Shown: positions 15,040-26,324 of the stretch, piece by piece | How the letters are laid out: every line of letters begins with the position of its first letter | How positions within the stretch are numbered: position 1 is the stretch's first letter | Assembly (NCBI RefSeq): GCF_051097895.1 | Contig: NZ_CP142525.1 | Span: 420,001 to 452,000 of the forward strand | Reading direction: 5' to 3' | DNA length: 32,000 nt | DNA from: Psychrobacter sp. HD31 | GTDB lineage: Bacteria; Pseudomonadota; Gammaproteobacteria; Pseudomonadales; Moraxellaceae | The notes under the pieces: generated by a model | What the model saw: only the letters and a program-made list of their open reading frames with translations | What the model was told of the DNA's origin: nothing | The model's database searches: none | Program-made: the position numbers and the translations under genes

Positions 15040-16002
15040 ATGGATAATCAACACACTGAAAACAACCAAAAATCTACTGGCTGGTTTAGCCGAATGAAGA
15101 CGGGACTTACTAAGTCACGTAAAAACTTAGCAGAAGGTATGGTTAACATTCTTATTGGTGGTAAAGAGATTGATGACGAACTGCTAGAAGAGGTAGAGGA
15201 TCAGTTGTTGGTTGCAGACATTGGCGTAGATGCAACTAATAAAATTGTTAAAAGCTTAACAGAGCAAACAGCCCGTGGTGATTTGATTTATTCTCACTCA
15301 TTATACAAGGCCTTGCAGCAAGAGCTTATACAAATTTTAGAACCAAAAGTTGAGGCATTAACTGTTGATACAAGCAAAAAACCCTTTGTAATTTTAATGG
15401 TGGGTGTTAATGGGGTTGGTAAAACAACCACTATCGGAAAACTGGCGAAACGTCTACAAGCAGAAGGTAAGTCTGTGATGTTAGCGGCTGGAGATACTTT
15501 TAGAGCCGCAGCAACCGAGCAACTGCAAATTTGGGGTGAGCGCAATGATATCCCTGTTGTAGCACAAGGGCATGGTTCTGACAGTGCGTCAGTAATTTTT
15601 GATGCCATGGAATCTGCACGTGCTAAAAATATTGATGTTTTGATTGCAGACACAGCAGGGCGTTTGCAAAACAAAACCCATTTAATGGCAGAGCTAGAAA
15701 AAGTTGTGCGTGTTATGCACAAGTCAGATCCAACCGCCCCACATGAAACCATGATTGTACTTGATGCAGGCACAGGTCAAAATGCGATTAATCAGGTAGA
15801 AACCTTTAATGAAGCGGTTCAGGTATCGGGTATTACCGTCACAAAATTAGATGGTACGGCAAAAGGTGGGGTTGTATTTAATATTGCCAATAATACGGAC
15901 ATACCGATTCGATATATTGGGGTGGGTGAGTCGATTGATGATTTGCGTGAGTTTGAACCAAAAGATTTTGTAAAGGCGTTATTTGATACAGAAGATGAGT
16001 AG
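15040..16002 (+). CDS. ftsY: Signal recognition particle receptor FtsY (short form lacking a long acidic A domain)
   Basis: NG-domain motifs GVNGVGKTTTIGKLA, DTAGRLQNK, TKLDGTAKGG and IRYIGVGE. The ATG at 15040 (AAGG 7 nt upstream) is preferred to the TTG at 15025. Confidence 0.95.
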   Translation: MDNQHTENNQKSTGWFSRMKTGLTKSRKNLAEGMVNILIGGKEIDDELLEEVEDQLLVADIGVDATNKIVKSLTEQTARGDLIYSHSLYKALQQELIQILEPKVEALTVDTSKKPFVILMVGVNGVGKTTTIGKLAKRLQAEGKSVMLAAGDTFRAAATEQLQIWGERNDIPVVAQGHGSDSASVIFDAMESARAKNIDVLIADTAGRLQNKTHLMAELEKVVRVMHKSDPTAPHETMIVLDAGTGQNAINQVETFNEAVQVSGITVTKLDGTAKGGVVFNIANNTDIPIRYIGVGESIDDLREFEPKDFVKALFDTEDE

Positions 16003-16088
16003 TTGTTTGATGATTAGCGATTTTGAACGCATCTTTTTTGAACTACTATGTTGAAAAAAATTAGTTGAACTAAAAATTATTAAAAAAT

Positions 16089-16120
16089 GCCAAAGTAGCT
16101 GTTTAACTTTGGCGTTTTTT
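16089..16120. terminator. Bidirectional rho-independent terminator between convergent ftsY and hemB
   Basis: GCCAAAGT (16089-16096) pairs with ACTTTGGC (16106-16113) around a 9-nt loop. A6 lies upstream and T6 (16115-16120) downstream. Confidence 0.8.
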
Positions 16121-16216
16121 AGTATGGGCGGTTATATCATTACATGGTCATATTAAAAGTGTATGTAAAATTCTTTTATGTAAAAATAAAAGGGTCACTT
16201 AATAAACCTAGTTTAC

Positions 16217-17380
<1,164 letters not shown>

Positions 17381-17605
17381 TTAGTTTTTACCACGATAGG
17401 TGATACGACCTTTGGTTAAGTCGTATGGTGTCATTTCAACTTTAACCTTGTCACCTGTTAAAATGCGGATATAGTGTTTACGCATTTTGCCAGAAATATG
17501 TGCAATTATTTCGTGCCCATTTTCAAGGCGTACTTTAAATAATGTGTTTGGAAGTGTGTCAATTACTTCGCCTTCAAATTCGATGATATCGTCTTTTTTT
17601 GCCAT
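17381..17605 (-). CDS. infA: Translation initiation factor IF-1
   Basis: 74-aa ORF: [74 protein letters not shown]. This is a near-canonical IF-1 S1 domain. Confidence 0.98.
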   Translation of the reverse strand: MAKKDDIIEFEGEVIDTLPNTLFKVRLENGHEIIAHISGKMRKHYIRILTGDKVKVEMTPYDLTKGRITYRGKN

Positions 17606-17805
17606 GAGTTTAATATGCTTGTGATATAAATGGAGCGGTTATTATACTCGCCTTGTGGCGACTAATCAATATCAATACTTTTGAATGCATTTTCGTTTAA
17701 CAAATCATGTAAAAAAGTCTCAATGAGTAGTAGAATGTATAGGGTTGAAATCATCATATGATTTTAAAATAGACGAATTAAAGTATTAAAGTTAAGGTAA
17801 CTATC

Positions 17806-19131
17806 ATGACTACCAACGCAACCACTCATGGCTCGGCAGAATCTCAAACCCAAACTCATGTAGCAAACAATCAATCAGCTTTAACTAATCAGTCTGTATT
17901 GGTAGTTGGTGGAGGTCATGTTGGTTTGTCTTTTTCATTGTTGTTAGCACATCATGGTATTAGTAGTACTTTGATAGAAAAATATAAATATCCAACTGTC
18001 AGCCCAGATGATGCCAGTGCACCAACCCAGTATTTAGATAGTCGAAACACCGCTTTATCTCGCCGCACCGTACAAATTTATCAAGAAATTGGTTTGTGGG
18101 ATGAACTACAAAGTCATGCGTGTAGAATTGATGAAGTGCATGTTAGTGAACAAGGCAGTTTTGGACAAGCAAAACTAAAAAAAGAAGAAGAAAAAGTAGA
18201 AAGCTTTGGGCAAGTAATGGAAAACGCATGGCTTGGTCGCAAACTGTTACTAGCAGTTAAGGCTCATCCATTAATAAGCATTATGGATGGTAACTTAGTG
18301 GAGTCTTTAAAACAAAATAGTGACAGCGTCACGGTTACCTTTAAAAATAGTGATTCTGAAACAGCATCAGAACAAACGCTAACAGCTGATTTACTCGTAG
18401 CTTGTGATGGACGAGATTCTAGCGTGCGTAACTTATTAAATATTGATAGCAGTTTATATGACTACCAACAATCAGGCATTGTGGGGGTTGTGACAACCGA
18501 TAAGCCTCATGAGCATGTTGCAATTGAACGTTTTAGCCCAGCTGGTCCGCTGGCGGTATTGCCATTAACGGATGCTCAAGGTGATGGGCGTGAGCCAACT
18601 CAACAAGGGTATCGTCGCTCAGTTGTGTGGGTGTGCCCAAAAGGGGAAGAAAAACAATATTTAGAAGATGATGCCCATTTTTTACAAACGCTACAAAATG
18701 CGTTTGGACAGCGTGCAGGTACTTTTATCAAAGCAGGTAAGCGAGGGTGCTATCCGTTAACAAAGGTGTTGGCAGAGCGTCAAGTAGATGGGCGAATTGT
18801 TATTATGGGTAATGCTGCTCATACTTTGCATCCAGTAGCGGGGCAGGGGTTTAACCTTTGTATGCGTGATGCACATGCACTGGCAAAAATGATTGCTAGC
18901 CAAGGTATGAAGGCGGAAGATATTGGCAATCCACAGTTTTTACGTCATTATGAGCAAGCAAGATTAAAAGACCAAAAAAGAGTCATTAAGTTTTGTGATG
19001 CCGTGCTTCATGGGTTTACACACCCGAACCCTGTTGTTAAGTTTACACGTAATCTAGGATTACTCGCATTTGATAAAATACCCAATGTTAAACCATTGGT
19101 TGCTACGTATGCGATGGGGCTTAAGTCATAA
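17806..19131 (+). CDS. ubiH: 2-octaprenyl-6-methoxyphenol hydroxylase UbiH (FAD-dependent ubiquinone biosynthesis monooxygenase)
   Basis: VLVVGGGHVGLS (GxGxxG), ACDGRDSSVR, AGKRGCYPL and GNAAHTLHPVAGQGFNLCMRD. AAGG lies 7 nt before the ATG. A polar N-terminal extension of about 30 aa precedes the Rossmann fold. ubiH and visC/ubiI are adjacent as in E. coli. Confidence 0.88.
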   Translation: MTTNATTHGSAESQTQTHVANNQSALTNQSVLVVGGGHVGLSFSLLLAHHGISSTLIEKYKYPTVSPDDASAPTQYLDSRNTALSRRTVQIYQEIGLWDELQSHACRIDEVHVSEQGSFGQAKLKKEEEKVESFGQVMENAWLGRKLLLAVKAHPLISIMDGNLVESLKQNSDSVTVTFKNSDSETASEQTLTADLLVACDGRDSSVRNLLNIDSSLYDYQQSGIVGVVTTDKPHEHVAIERFSPAGPLAVLPLTDAQGDGREPTQQGYRRSVVWVCPKGEEKQYLEDDAHFLQTLQNAFGQRAGTFIKAGKRGCYPLTKVLAERQVDGRIVIMGNAAHTLHPVAGQGFNLCMRDAHALAKMIASQGMKAEDIGNPQFLRHYEQARLKDQKRVIKFCDAVLHGFTHPNPVVKFTRNLGLLAFDKIPNVKPLVATYAMGLKS

Positions 19132-19149
19132 TTTAGGATCATTTTAGGT

Positions 19150-20415
19150 ATGAGCATGAACATAAATAACCAAACCATCATTATTGGCGGTGGTATTGTT
19201 GGCGCAACTTTGGCAATTAAGCTTGCCAAAGCAAAAATGCCTGTTACGTTAATTGATGCTCGTCCAAAAATGACTGAGCAAGATTGGAAAGTAAAACTTA
19301 GTAATCGAGATGCACGGGTTTATGCGTTAAGCTTGTCGAGTATTAATTTATTAAAAGAAGCAGATGCATGGCAGTATATAAGCGACTTGGATAGAAAAGC
19401 TGATTACACGCAAATGCATGTATGGCAACCAAATGGCGTAGGGGATCTTAAATTTGCTGATGAGCATGCATCAAACCTTTTGGGTAGTATGGTAGAACCA
19501 TTTGTCATTGACCATGCTTTGTTTCTTGCTATGCAAAATGAGGAAGTAAAGCCTTACTTAAAAGTGATTACTGGGCAAAAAGTAACTAACCTAGATTGGT
19601 TGGGAGATTCCGTTGGTTATCAAGTTACTTTAAAAGATAAAGAAAATGAACAAAGGCTTTGTGCAAAGTTAGTAGTTGGTGCCGATGGGAGAGGCTCTTT
19701 TGTTCGCGCGCAAGCAGGCATACAGCTGGATACGTTAGATTACAAGCAAACGGCAATTTGTTGTGCTATTAAAACCCAAAAGCGGCACGAGGCTACGGCA
19801 AGGCAAGCAATGTTAACGACAGGTACCTTAGCCTTATTACCACTGGCAGATATTACGGATGAAGATATAAAAAACCCTCAGCACTGGCAGTCAGTTGTTT
19901 GGACTTTACCAACTTATGATGCGTTGTCTCTACTAACCAAAGATGAGGCGCATATCGCCAATGAGCTTGCTTTTGCAACAGGCTATGAGCTTGGTAATAT
20001 AGAAAAAATTGAATCTATTGCCAGTTTTGCGCTCAATGCGCAGCAAGCTAAAACCTATATTAGTAATAATTTGGTATTGGTTGGAGATGCAGCACATGGC
20101 GTACATCCACTTGCAGGGCAGGGCTTAAACCTTGGTATGTTGGATGTGGCTGCTTTGTTTAAGGTGTTAATGGATGACTATAAACGTAGCTGCAATAAAC
20201 AGTGGGGGCTTTTACAAACACTAAAAAAATATGAACGACAACGTAGAGCCAATAACAGTATTATGATGCATGGATTTTCGGCTATTAACTGGATTTTTGC
20301 AGGCTACCATACTCAGCTTGCACCTGTGCAACACCTGCGAAGTGAAGCAGTGAATATGGTGAGTAAAAATAGAGTATTGATGAATTGGTTTAATAAACAG
20401 GCAAGTGGGCTGTAG
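19150..20415 (+). CDS. ubiI: UbiH/UbiF/VisC/COQ6-family ubiquinone biosynthesis hydroxylase (UbiI/VisC-like by position)
   Basis: IIIGGGIVGATLA, GADGRGSFVR and VGDAAHGVHPLAGQGLNLGMLD. The symbol is assigned only from its position downstream of ubiH. UbiF versus UbiI cannot be separated by eye. Confidence 0.8.
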   Translation: MSMNINNQTIIIGGGIVGATLAIKLAKAKMPVTLIDARPKMTEQDWKVKLSNRDARVYALSLSSINLLKEADAWQYISDLDRKADYTQMHVWQPNGVGDLKFADEHASNLLGSMVEPFVIDHALFLAMQNEEVKPYLKVITGQKVTNLDWLGDSVGYQVTLKDKENEQRLCAKLVVGADGRGSFVRAQAGIQLDTLDYKQTAICCAIKTQKRHEATARQAMLTTGTLALLPLADITDEDIKNPQHWQSVVWTLPTYDALSLLTKDEAHIANELAFATGYELGNIEKIESIASFALNAQQAKTYISNNLVLVGDAAHGVHPLAGQGLNLGMLDVAALFKVLMDDYKRSCNKQWGLLQTLKKYERQRRANNSIMMHGFSAINWIFAGYHTQLAPVQHLRSEAVNMVSKNRVLMNWFNKQASGL

Positions 20416-20431
20416 TTTTAAAAAACAGCCA

Positions 20432-21340
20432 TCATCCAAAACTTGCAAATAACACCATTAATATGGGTGAAATGATATTAGTTATAAACCCAAAACTAAT
20501 GGTGAGTGGAACGACTGCAAGACCACCTGATTGCTGAATAACAGGCAGAGTAAAGTCCAAACTGGTTACGCCACCAACAGTTACCCCAGCAGATACTGAA
20601 CGACGCATGATAAAAGGAATAAATATTAATGCAAAAAACTCTCTAATTAAGTCATTTAGTAAAGCAATCGTACCCCAAACTGCCCCATAGTTATCTGTCA
20701 TGACAACGGCTGATAACGAATACCAACCAAAGCCTGATGATAACGCTAGGCCTTTAAATAAGCTAACGTCTGGCATAATGAGTGAATATACAACACCCGC
20801 CAACAATACCACCAGCGTAAATATCACACTAATCTGCACGCCACGTTTATTAATGAGTACTTCTTTTAAGGTAATGCCAGACCCTTTTAAACCAATGCCG
20901 ACAATTAAAATTAAAACCATTAAAAGAGCGGTCATCGTAAAATCAGGTGGCAAGTATTCATGTGGGATAAAACGTCCAATAATAAGCCCAATAACCACGC
21001 AAAGAACCTGAAGCAGGCTACCTCTAATGCTCACTTTGTGCTGCGTTGTTTTTTGTGTGGTGTGTGCATGCCATGGCAAAACTTTATCAAATAGCCATAA
21101 AGCAACAATGCCAAAAGAAAGAGTTAAAAAAGCAAGTAATGTAACGTGTTTAAAAATCTCATCTATTTGGTTTAGCAAACCGCTAACTTGTGATAGCTCA
21201 ATACCAATATAGGTTAAGATGATAATAACTAGATAACGGATAATATCATCAGCTAGGTGCGTTAACTTTGGTGACTTTGGCAATGCAAAACCAATTAAAA
21301 GTGGTGTTAATATCAATACTAAAGTTGTGAGGTTTTGCAT
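20432..21340 (-). CDS. lysO: Lysine exporter LysO (YbjE) family membrane protein
   Basis: 302-aa polytopic ORF. SSGFGWYSLSAVVMT, SLDFTLPVIQQSGG and overall co-linearity with E. coli YbjE (299 aa, from memory). Confidence 0.85.
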   Translation of the reverse strand: MQNLTTLVLILTPLLIGFALPKSPKLTHLADDIIRYLVIIILTYIGIELSQVSGLLNQIDEIFKHVTLLAFLTLSFGIVALWLFDKVLPWHAHTTQKTTQHKVSIRGSLLQVLCVVIGLIIGRFIPHEYLPPDFTMTALLMVLILIVGIGLKGSGITLKEVLINKRGVQISVIFTLVVLLAGVVYSLIMPDVSLFKGLALSSGFGWYSLSAVVMTDNYGAVWGTIALLNDLIREFFALIFIPFIMRRSVSAGVTVGGVTSLDFTLPVIQQSGGLAVVPLTISFGFITNIISPILMVLFASFG

Positions 21341-21525
21341 AAATAATCAAATAAAAGATAATAAAAATAAAGCACAAATTCTATCATATAAAAATAACGA
21401 TGGGAGAACTGGTTTTTTAATCATTTTAATAAAATTTTGTTTATTATTTAAAAATGATTGTGATAAAATTCGCTCATATCACAGACCCTCATATTTTTAA
21501 ACATACCTTTTTACAACAACGAACA

Positions 21526-22170
21526 ATGAATACTGAAATCATTACAATCTTGCTTGCGTTTATGGTGCTAATGCAGCCATTTAGTGCATTGACTTTGTTT
21601 TTAGACTTTACAAAAGGTTATAGTAATAAAAACCGCCGTAAATTTGCATGGATATGTACGTTAAGCGTTGTTATTACAATCATATTCTTTACCGTGCTTG
21701 GCAATCTATTATTAAAGCTTTTGGGTATTTCGCTTGGTGCGTTTCAGGTTGCGGGTGGTATTTTGGTGTTCATTATTGGGCTTAATATGATGAATGGTGA
21801 TGGTAACCCAGTTAAACCAGACCAAGAAGAGGTTGATGTAGAGCACGTTCAGGAGGTTGTTCCTTCTATGGTGTCGGCTGTTATGCCTATGGCGTTTCCA
21901 ATGATTATTGGTCCTGGTGGTGTTTCTACGGTTGTGATTTATGCGAGTAGGGTAAACAGCAATGCAGAGCTTATACAAATTATTTTGGCAGGTTTTCTTG
22001 TTGGGTTAATATGCTTTGTTTCTTTAATGGCGGCGCATCCAATTAGCCGTTTTCTGGGTGAAGAAGGTTTAAGTATTACAAATAGAATTATGGGCATGCT
22101 ACTGGCAGCGGTTGCGGTAGAAATATTTTTTAATGGATTACGTCAGTTTATGCCAAGTTTGTTTGGTTAG
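21526..22170 (+). CDS. MarC family (UPF0056) integral membrane protein
   Basis: 214-aa product from the ATG at 21526. LGISLGAFQVAGGILVFIIGLNMM, AVMPMAFPMIIGPGGVST and ITNRIMGMLLAAVAVEIFFNG parallel E. coli MarC. The 24 extra N-terminal codons of the track ORF have no family counterpart. Confidence 0.85.
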   Translation: MNTEIITILLAFMVLMQPFSALTLFLDFTKGYSNKNRRKFAWICTLSVVITIIFFTVLGNLLLKLLGISLGAFQVAGGILVFIIGLNMMNGDGNPVKPDQEEVDVEHVQEVVPSMVSAVMPMAFPMIIGPGGVSTVVIYASRVNSNAELIQIILAGFLVGLICFVSLMAAHPISRFLGEEGLSITNRIMGMLLAAVAVEIFFNGLRQFMPSLFG

Positions 22171-22201
22171 TTTATCAAAGTTTTAAACTTAAGCTTTAAA
22201 A

Positions 22202-22795
22202 CTAACCAAAATACAGTTTGCCTGCTAAAGCAATCATTAAAACGCCAACAAAAGCATCTAAAATATTCCATGCCTTGGGGTTGGTAAACAAGGGTGTTAA
22301 GCGTTTAGCACCATAACCCAGTGCAAAAAAGAATACAAAAGAAGCGGTGATAGCGCCAAAAGCAAAAACCAATTTGTTACTTGCCCCAGTTGAAACCATG
22401 CCAACCAAAACCAAAGTATCTAAATAAACATGTGGGTTTAACCAAGTAAAACCAAAACACAGTAGCAAGGATTTTTTTAAGCTGTCTACTTGAGTGGTGT
22501 CTGTGCTCAACGCATGTTTTTTGGTTAGGCTACTATATAAACTTTGCAAACCATACACTAACAAAAATAAAGCACCTGCGATTTTAGCAAAAGTAACAAT
22601 GTTTGGATATTTTGCAGTAACGGCACCAAAACCGCCAACACCAGCACTAATGAGCAGGGCGTCAGAAACAGCACAAAACAAACAAATGGCAAAAACGTGT
22701 TGATGCTTTAAGCCTTGTTTTAATACAAAAGCATTTTGTGATCCGATTGCAAGGATTAATGAAAACCCTAAAAATAAGCCAGAAATATAATCCAT
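22202..22795 (-). CDS. argO: LysE/ArgO family basic amino-acid exporter
   Basis: 197-aa ORF. IGSQNAFVLKQGL, AVSDALLI and TWLNPHVYLDTLVLVG match the ArgO/LysE signature regions. Substrate (Arg versus Lys) is not decidable from sequence. Confidence 0.85.
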   Translation of the reverse strand: MDYISGLFLGFSLILAIGSQNAFVLKQGLKHQHVFAICLFCAVSDALLISAGVGGFGAVTAKYPNIVTFAKIAGALFLLVYGLQSLYSSLTKKHALSTDTTQVDSLKKSLLLCFGFTWLNPHVYLDTLVLVGMVSTGASNKLVFAFGAITASFVFFFALGYGAKRLTPLFTNPKAWNILDAFVGVLMIALAGKLYFG

Positions 22796-22811
22796 AAAGC
22801 GTCAAAAAAAA

Positions 22812-23027
22812 TTAATAATGTGGTGGTTTATCTGCTAGCAAATCAAAAGCTGCAATGCCAGAGTCGCCATTTGAAAGAAGATGATTATACATTAATTGTA
22901 TCTGCCGCTGCATATCTTGCAATTGTTTATCTTGGTTGCTTATCACTTTATTTAAATCTTCCACGGTTATTTCTAAATGTGCAAGGCTACTTTGCAAGTC
23001 TATTATCTGATTTTCTAATGATTTCAT
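22812..23027 (-). CDS. slyX: SlyX family protein
   Basis: 71-aa coiled-coil ORF starting MKSLENQIIDLQSSLAHLEITVEDLNKVISNQDKQLQDMQRQ and ending in the family-typical DKPPHY. Confidence 0.85.
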   Translation of the reverse strand: MKSLENQIIDLQSSLAHLEITVEDLNKVISNQDKQLQDMQRQIQLMYNHLLSNGDSGIAAFDLLADKPPHY

Positions 23028-23219
23028 TGTGCTCTCATCGGCTAAAAGCCTATTGTTCGTGTTATAATTTATCGCTATTTTAAAATATGGCTATTTTAGC
23101 AAACTTACATACAGGCGACATGTTTTATTGTATGTGACCTTTTTATTATCTGCATTATTAATGGCGTTATTGGTTGCAACCTGCAAAATCAAATTAAGAA
23201 CTTAGGCTAACCCTTATTT

Positions 23220-25193
23220 ATGGCACTCATACACTTAAAAAATATTCATTTAGCATTTGGTATTGCACCAATTTTAGATGGCATTGATTTTACAATCAAT
23301 CAAGGTGAACGCGTTTGTTTGATTGGAAGAAACGGCGAGGGTAAATCTACCTTGCTAAAACTGATTGATGGCACAATAAAGCCAGACAGTGGCGATGTCA
23401 TTATTGATGGTGCCATCAAAATAGCAAGACTTGAGCAAGATGTACCAGAATCTAACGGAAAGATATTAGATATTGTCATGAATGGCGATAAAAAGTCGGC
23501 AAGTTTGTTAACTGAGTATCATAAATTAAGTGATGATTGCGCCAATGGCAATATGCAAGCCTGTGAAGCCATGGCAACCTTACAAGTAGAAATTGATGCC
23601 GTACATGGCTGGGATTTAGAGCGAGAAGCAAACCGTATTATTGCCGATATGGGGTTAAATCCACAAGATGATATTGCCGAGCTATCTGGTGGTCGTAAAC
23701 GCCGTGTTTTATTGGCACGGGCATTGGTAACAAAGCCAGACGTATTGCTACTGGATGAGCCAACCAACCATTTAGATGTTGATAGCATAGAATGGCTGGA
23801 GCAATATTTATTGGACTGGCAGGGATTAACGCTTTTATTTATTACGCACGATAGAGCTTTTGTCGATAAACTATCGACTCGGATTGTTGAACTAGATAGA
23901 GGGATTCTCTCTAGCTATGATGTTACGCAAGGCGCCAAAGGCTATGCACGTTATCAAGAATTGAAAGAACAGCAGTTAATTGCAGAAGAAAAAGCCAATG
24001 CAAATTTTGACAAAAAACTGGCGCAAGAAGAAGTTTGGATCCGCCAAGGTATTAAAGCAAGACGCACACGTAACGAAGGGCGAGTACGTGCTTTAAAATC
24101 CTTACGAGAAGAACGCAAACAACGCCGCAATAAAGTTGGCAACGTAAATATAACGATGACAGATGCTGAGCTGAGTGGCAAGCTGGTATGTAAGGTTAAA
24201 AACCTGCATCTGGAGTACGATAATCAGGTGCTGGTTGATGGGTTTCATGCCACCATTATGCGTGGAGATAGAATTGGCATTATTGGACAAAATGGGGTTG
24301 GTAAAACCACACTTATTAAAGCCATTTTTGCAGACCTGTTAGAAAACCCGCCTAGCGATATGACAAAAACAGGTAGTGTTAAGCTTGGCACAAACTTACA
24401 AGTTGCTTTTTTTGATCAGTTACGTGATCAATTAGATCTTGAAGCCAGTGTGGCGCAAAATGTGTCAGAAGGTAGCGACCATATAGAAATTGGTGGCAAA
24501 AAAACACATATCATGAGCTATTTGCAAGACTTTTTATTTTCACCAGAGAGAGCCAGAACCCCTGTAAAAGCATTGTCTGGTGGTGAACGTAACCGCGTAC
24601 TTTTAGCAAAACAGCTATTAAAGCCTGCCAATATTTTAGTTTTAGATGAACCAACCAATGACCTAGACATGCCAACACTTGAGTTGCTTGAAGAATCAGT
24701 TGACAGTTTTAATGGTACGATTTTATTGATTAGTCATGACCGCTCATTTATGGATAACGTGGTTACCTCCACTTGGGTTTTTGGAAAAGACAACCAAGGC
24801 AATGGTGTGGTTAACGAATATGTGGGTGGTTATAATGACTATTTACGCCAAAAGCAGTTTGATGAAGCAAATAAAAAAGCGCAACTTAAGCAAGAAAAAT
24901 TGCAAAAATCAGCAGCAGAAGCTTCTCTAGCAAGTCAAACGGTTCAAAATACAAATAATAAACCAAAGAAAAAACTAAGCTTTAATGAACAACGTGAGCT
25001 TGATGCCCTACCAAATGAGATGGAAAAGTTAGAAGCAGAACAAGCGGATTTACAACAAAAACTGGCGGATGGTAGCTGGTTTACAGAAGACTTAGACGCA
25101 GCAACCAAAGCCAGTGAGCGACTGGCAGAAGTTGAAGAACTGCTGTTAGAAAAGTTAGAGCGTTGGGACGAGCTAGAAAGCTTTGTAAATTAA
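23220..25193 (+). CDS. uup: ABC-F family ATPase Uup
   Basis: Two ABC cassettes (GRNGEGKST/LSGGRKRR/LLLDEPTNHLD and GQNGVGKTT/LSGGERNR/LVLDEPTNDLD). The linker KLAQEEVWIRQGIKARRTRNEGRVRALK is identical to my memory of E. coli Uup. A C-terminal coiled-coil domain follows. Confidence 0.93.
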   Translation: MALIHLKNIHLAFGIAPILDGIDFTINQGERVCLIGRNGEGKSTLLKLIDGTIKPDSGDVIIDGAIKIARLEQDVPESNGKILDIVMNGDKKSASLLTEYHKLSDDCANGNMQACEAMATLQVEIDAVHGWDLEREANRIIADMGLNPQDDIAELSGGRKRRVLLARALVTKPDVLLLDEPTNHLDVDSIEWLEQYLLDWQGLTLLFITHDRAFVDKLSTRIVELDRGILSSYDVTQGAKGYARYQELKEQQLIAEEKANANFDKKLAQEEVWIRQGIKARRTRNEGRVRALKSLREERKQRRNKVGNVNITMTDAELSGKLVCKVKNLHLEYDNQVLVDGFHATIMRGDRIGIIGQNGVGKTTLIKAIFADLLENPPSDMTKTGSVKLGTNLQVAFFDQLRDQLDLEASVAQNVSEGSDHIEIGGKKTHIMSYLQDFLFSPERARTPVKALSGGERNRVLLAKQLLKPANILVLDEPTNDLDMPTLELLEESVDSFNGTILLISHDRSFMDNVVTSTWVFGKDNQGNGVVNEYVGGYNDYLRQKQFDEANKKAQLKQEKLQKSAAEASLASQTVQNTNNKPKKKLSFNEQRELDALPNEMEKLEAEQADLQQKLADGSWFTEDLDAATKASERLAEVEELLLEKLERWDELESFVN

Positions 25194-25242
25194 CTATATT
25201 TTAAACGATATTAAATACTAAAAATATCGCAATGGGGCGACT

Positions 25243-26217
25243 ATGGCAAATGATAACAACTACCAACAGCTTAGGTTAGAAGAAAGCCTACCTTTTCAGG
25301 TTAAGTTTTTGCATCCAAAAAATTGGGGGCTTTGGTTGGTTTTTGCTATTATTTTTCCACTTATTTATTTGCCGTTGTCTGTTCAATTTTGGTTTGGTAA
25401 GTTGCTGGGTTTGTTAATTTTTAATCTATCAACTAGCCGCCGTAAAGTAACTTTAGTTAATTTAAAGCTTGCTTTCCCTCAAAAAACGGATGATGAACGT
25501 TGGCAAATGGCACGTGATGTTTTTGTTAACCAAGGTATTGGTGTGTTTGAAAGTTTGTGTGCATGGTTTCGTCCTCACCTTTTTTCAGGTGCTGCTTCTA
25601 TAGAGGGATTAAAAACGCTTTTAGAGGCGCAAAAACAAAATAAAGCCATTTTGTTATTGGGTGGGCATTACACCATGTTGGATTTAGGTGGCAGGCTTTG
25701 TATGCAGTTTTTCCCTGTCGATTGTGTGTACCGACCACAAAATAATGACATGTTAGAGTGGTTTATTTTTAATGCCCGTCGACGTATTTTTGGATCACAA
25801 ATTGAGCACAAAGATATGCGTAAGTTGGTTGCTTGTATGAAAGCTGGAGAGATTATTTGGTATTCACCTGATCAAGATTTTGGCTTAAAACAAGGGGTAA
25901 TGGCACCATTTTTTGGGGTGCCAGCAGCCACAATCACCGCACCAAGACGCTTGGCAAAACTTGGTGATAAAAGTAACCCACCAATTGTTATGGCGCTCCA
26001 TACCTATCGTAAAAAACAGTTTAAAAATGGTAAGCCAGAGTATCACATTACCATCACCCCAGCGTTAGATAACTACCCAACTAATGATGAAGTGGCTGAT
26101 GCCAGCCGAGTTAACACAATTTTTGAAACCCTGATTAATAAAGCGCCAACACAATGGATGTGGTTCCACAAACGCTATAAACATGATGAAACAGGGCGAA
26201 CTAAATATTATGATTAA
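25243..26217 (+). CDS. lpxL: Lipid A biosynthesis late acyltransferase (LpxL/HtrB family)
   Basis: N-terminal TM segment, H-x4-D acyltransferase motif (GGHYTMLDLGG), WYSPDQDFG, and a C-terminal APTQWMWFHKRYK. LpxL versus LpxM specificity is not resolvable. Confidence 0.88.
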   Translation: MANDNNYQQLRLEESLPFQVKFLHPKNWGLWLVFAIIFPLIYLPLSVQFWFGKLLGLLIFNLSTSRRKVTLVNLKLAFPQKTDDERWQMARDVFVNQGIGVFESLCAWFRPHLFSGAASIEGLKTLLEAQKQNKAILLLGGHYTMLDLGGRLCMQFFPVDCVYRPQNNDMLEWFIFNARRRIFGSQIEHKDMRKLVACMKAGEIIWYSPDQDFGLKQGVMAPFFGVPAATITAPRRLAKLGDKSNPPIVMALHTYRKKQFKNGKPEYHITITPALDNYPTNDEVADASRVNTIFETLINKAPTQWMWFHKRYKHDETGRTKYYD

Positions 26218-26239
26218 TCTTGTTTAATTAACAAAATTT

Positions 26240-26270
26240 GCTCTCAATCAACAAAGTTGAGAGCTTTTTT
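26240..26270 (+). terminator. Rho-independent terminator after lpxL
   Basis: GCTCTCAA (26240-26247) pairs with TTGAGAGC (26257-26264) around a 9-nt loop, then T6 (26265-26270). Confidence 0.85.
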
Positions 26271-26324
26271 GTTAAAATTATATGCTAAATTTTATGACCA
26301 TTTAAATCCAATTAGAGAACCAGC

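Noticed and set aside
20408-20430. GGCTGT...ACAGCC hairpin spanning the convergent stop codons of ubiI and lysO.
   Set aside because: The stem is only 6 bp with an 11-nt loop and no flanking T-tract on either strand. That is insufficient to call a terminator.
23107-23135. Inverted repeat ACATACA-N15-TGTATGT in the slyX/uup divergent region. A similar case is CGATATT-N10-AATATCG at 25206-25229 upstream of lpxL.
   Set aside because: The arms are short (7 bp), AT-rich and have long spacers. There is no adjacent T-tract and no repeated occurrence. They cannot be distinguished from chance.
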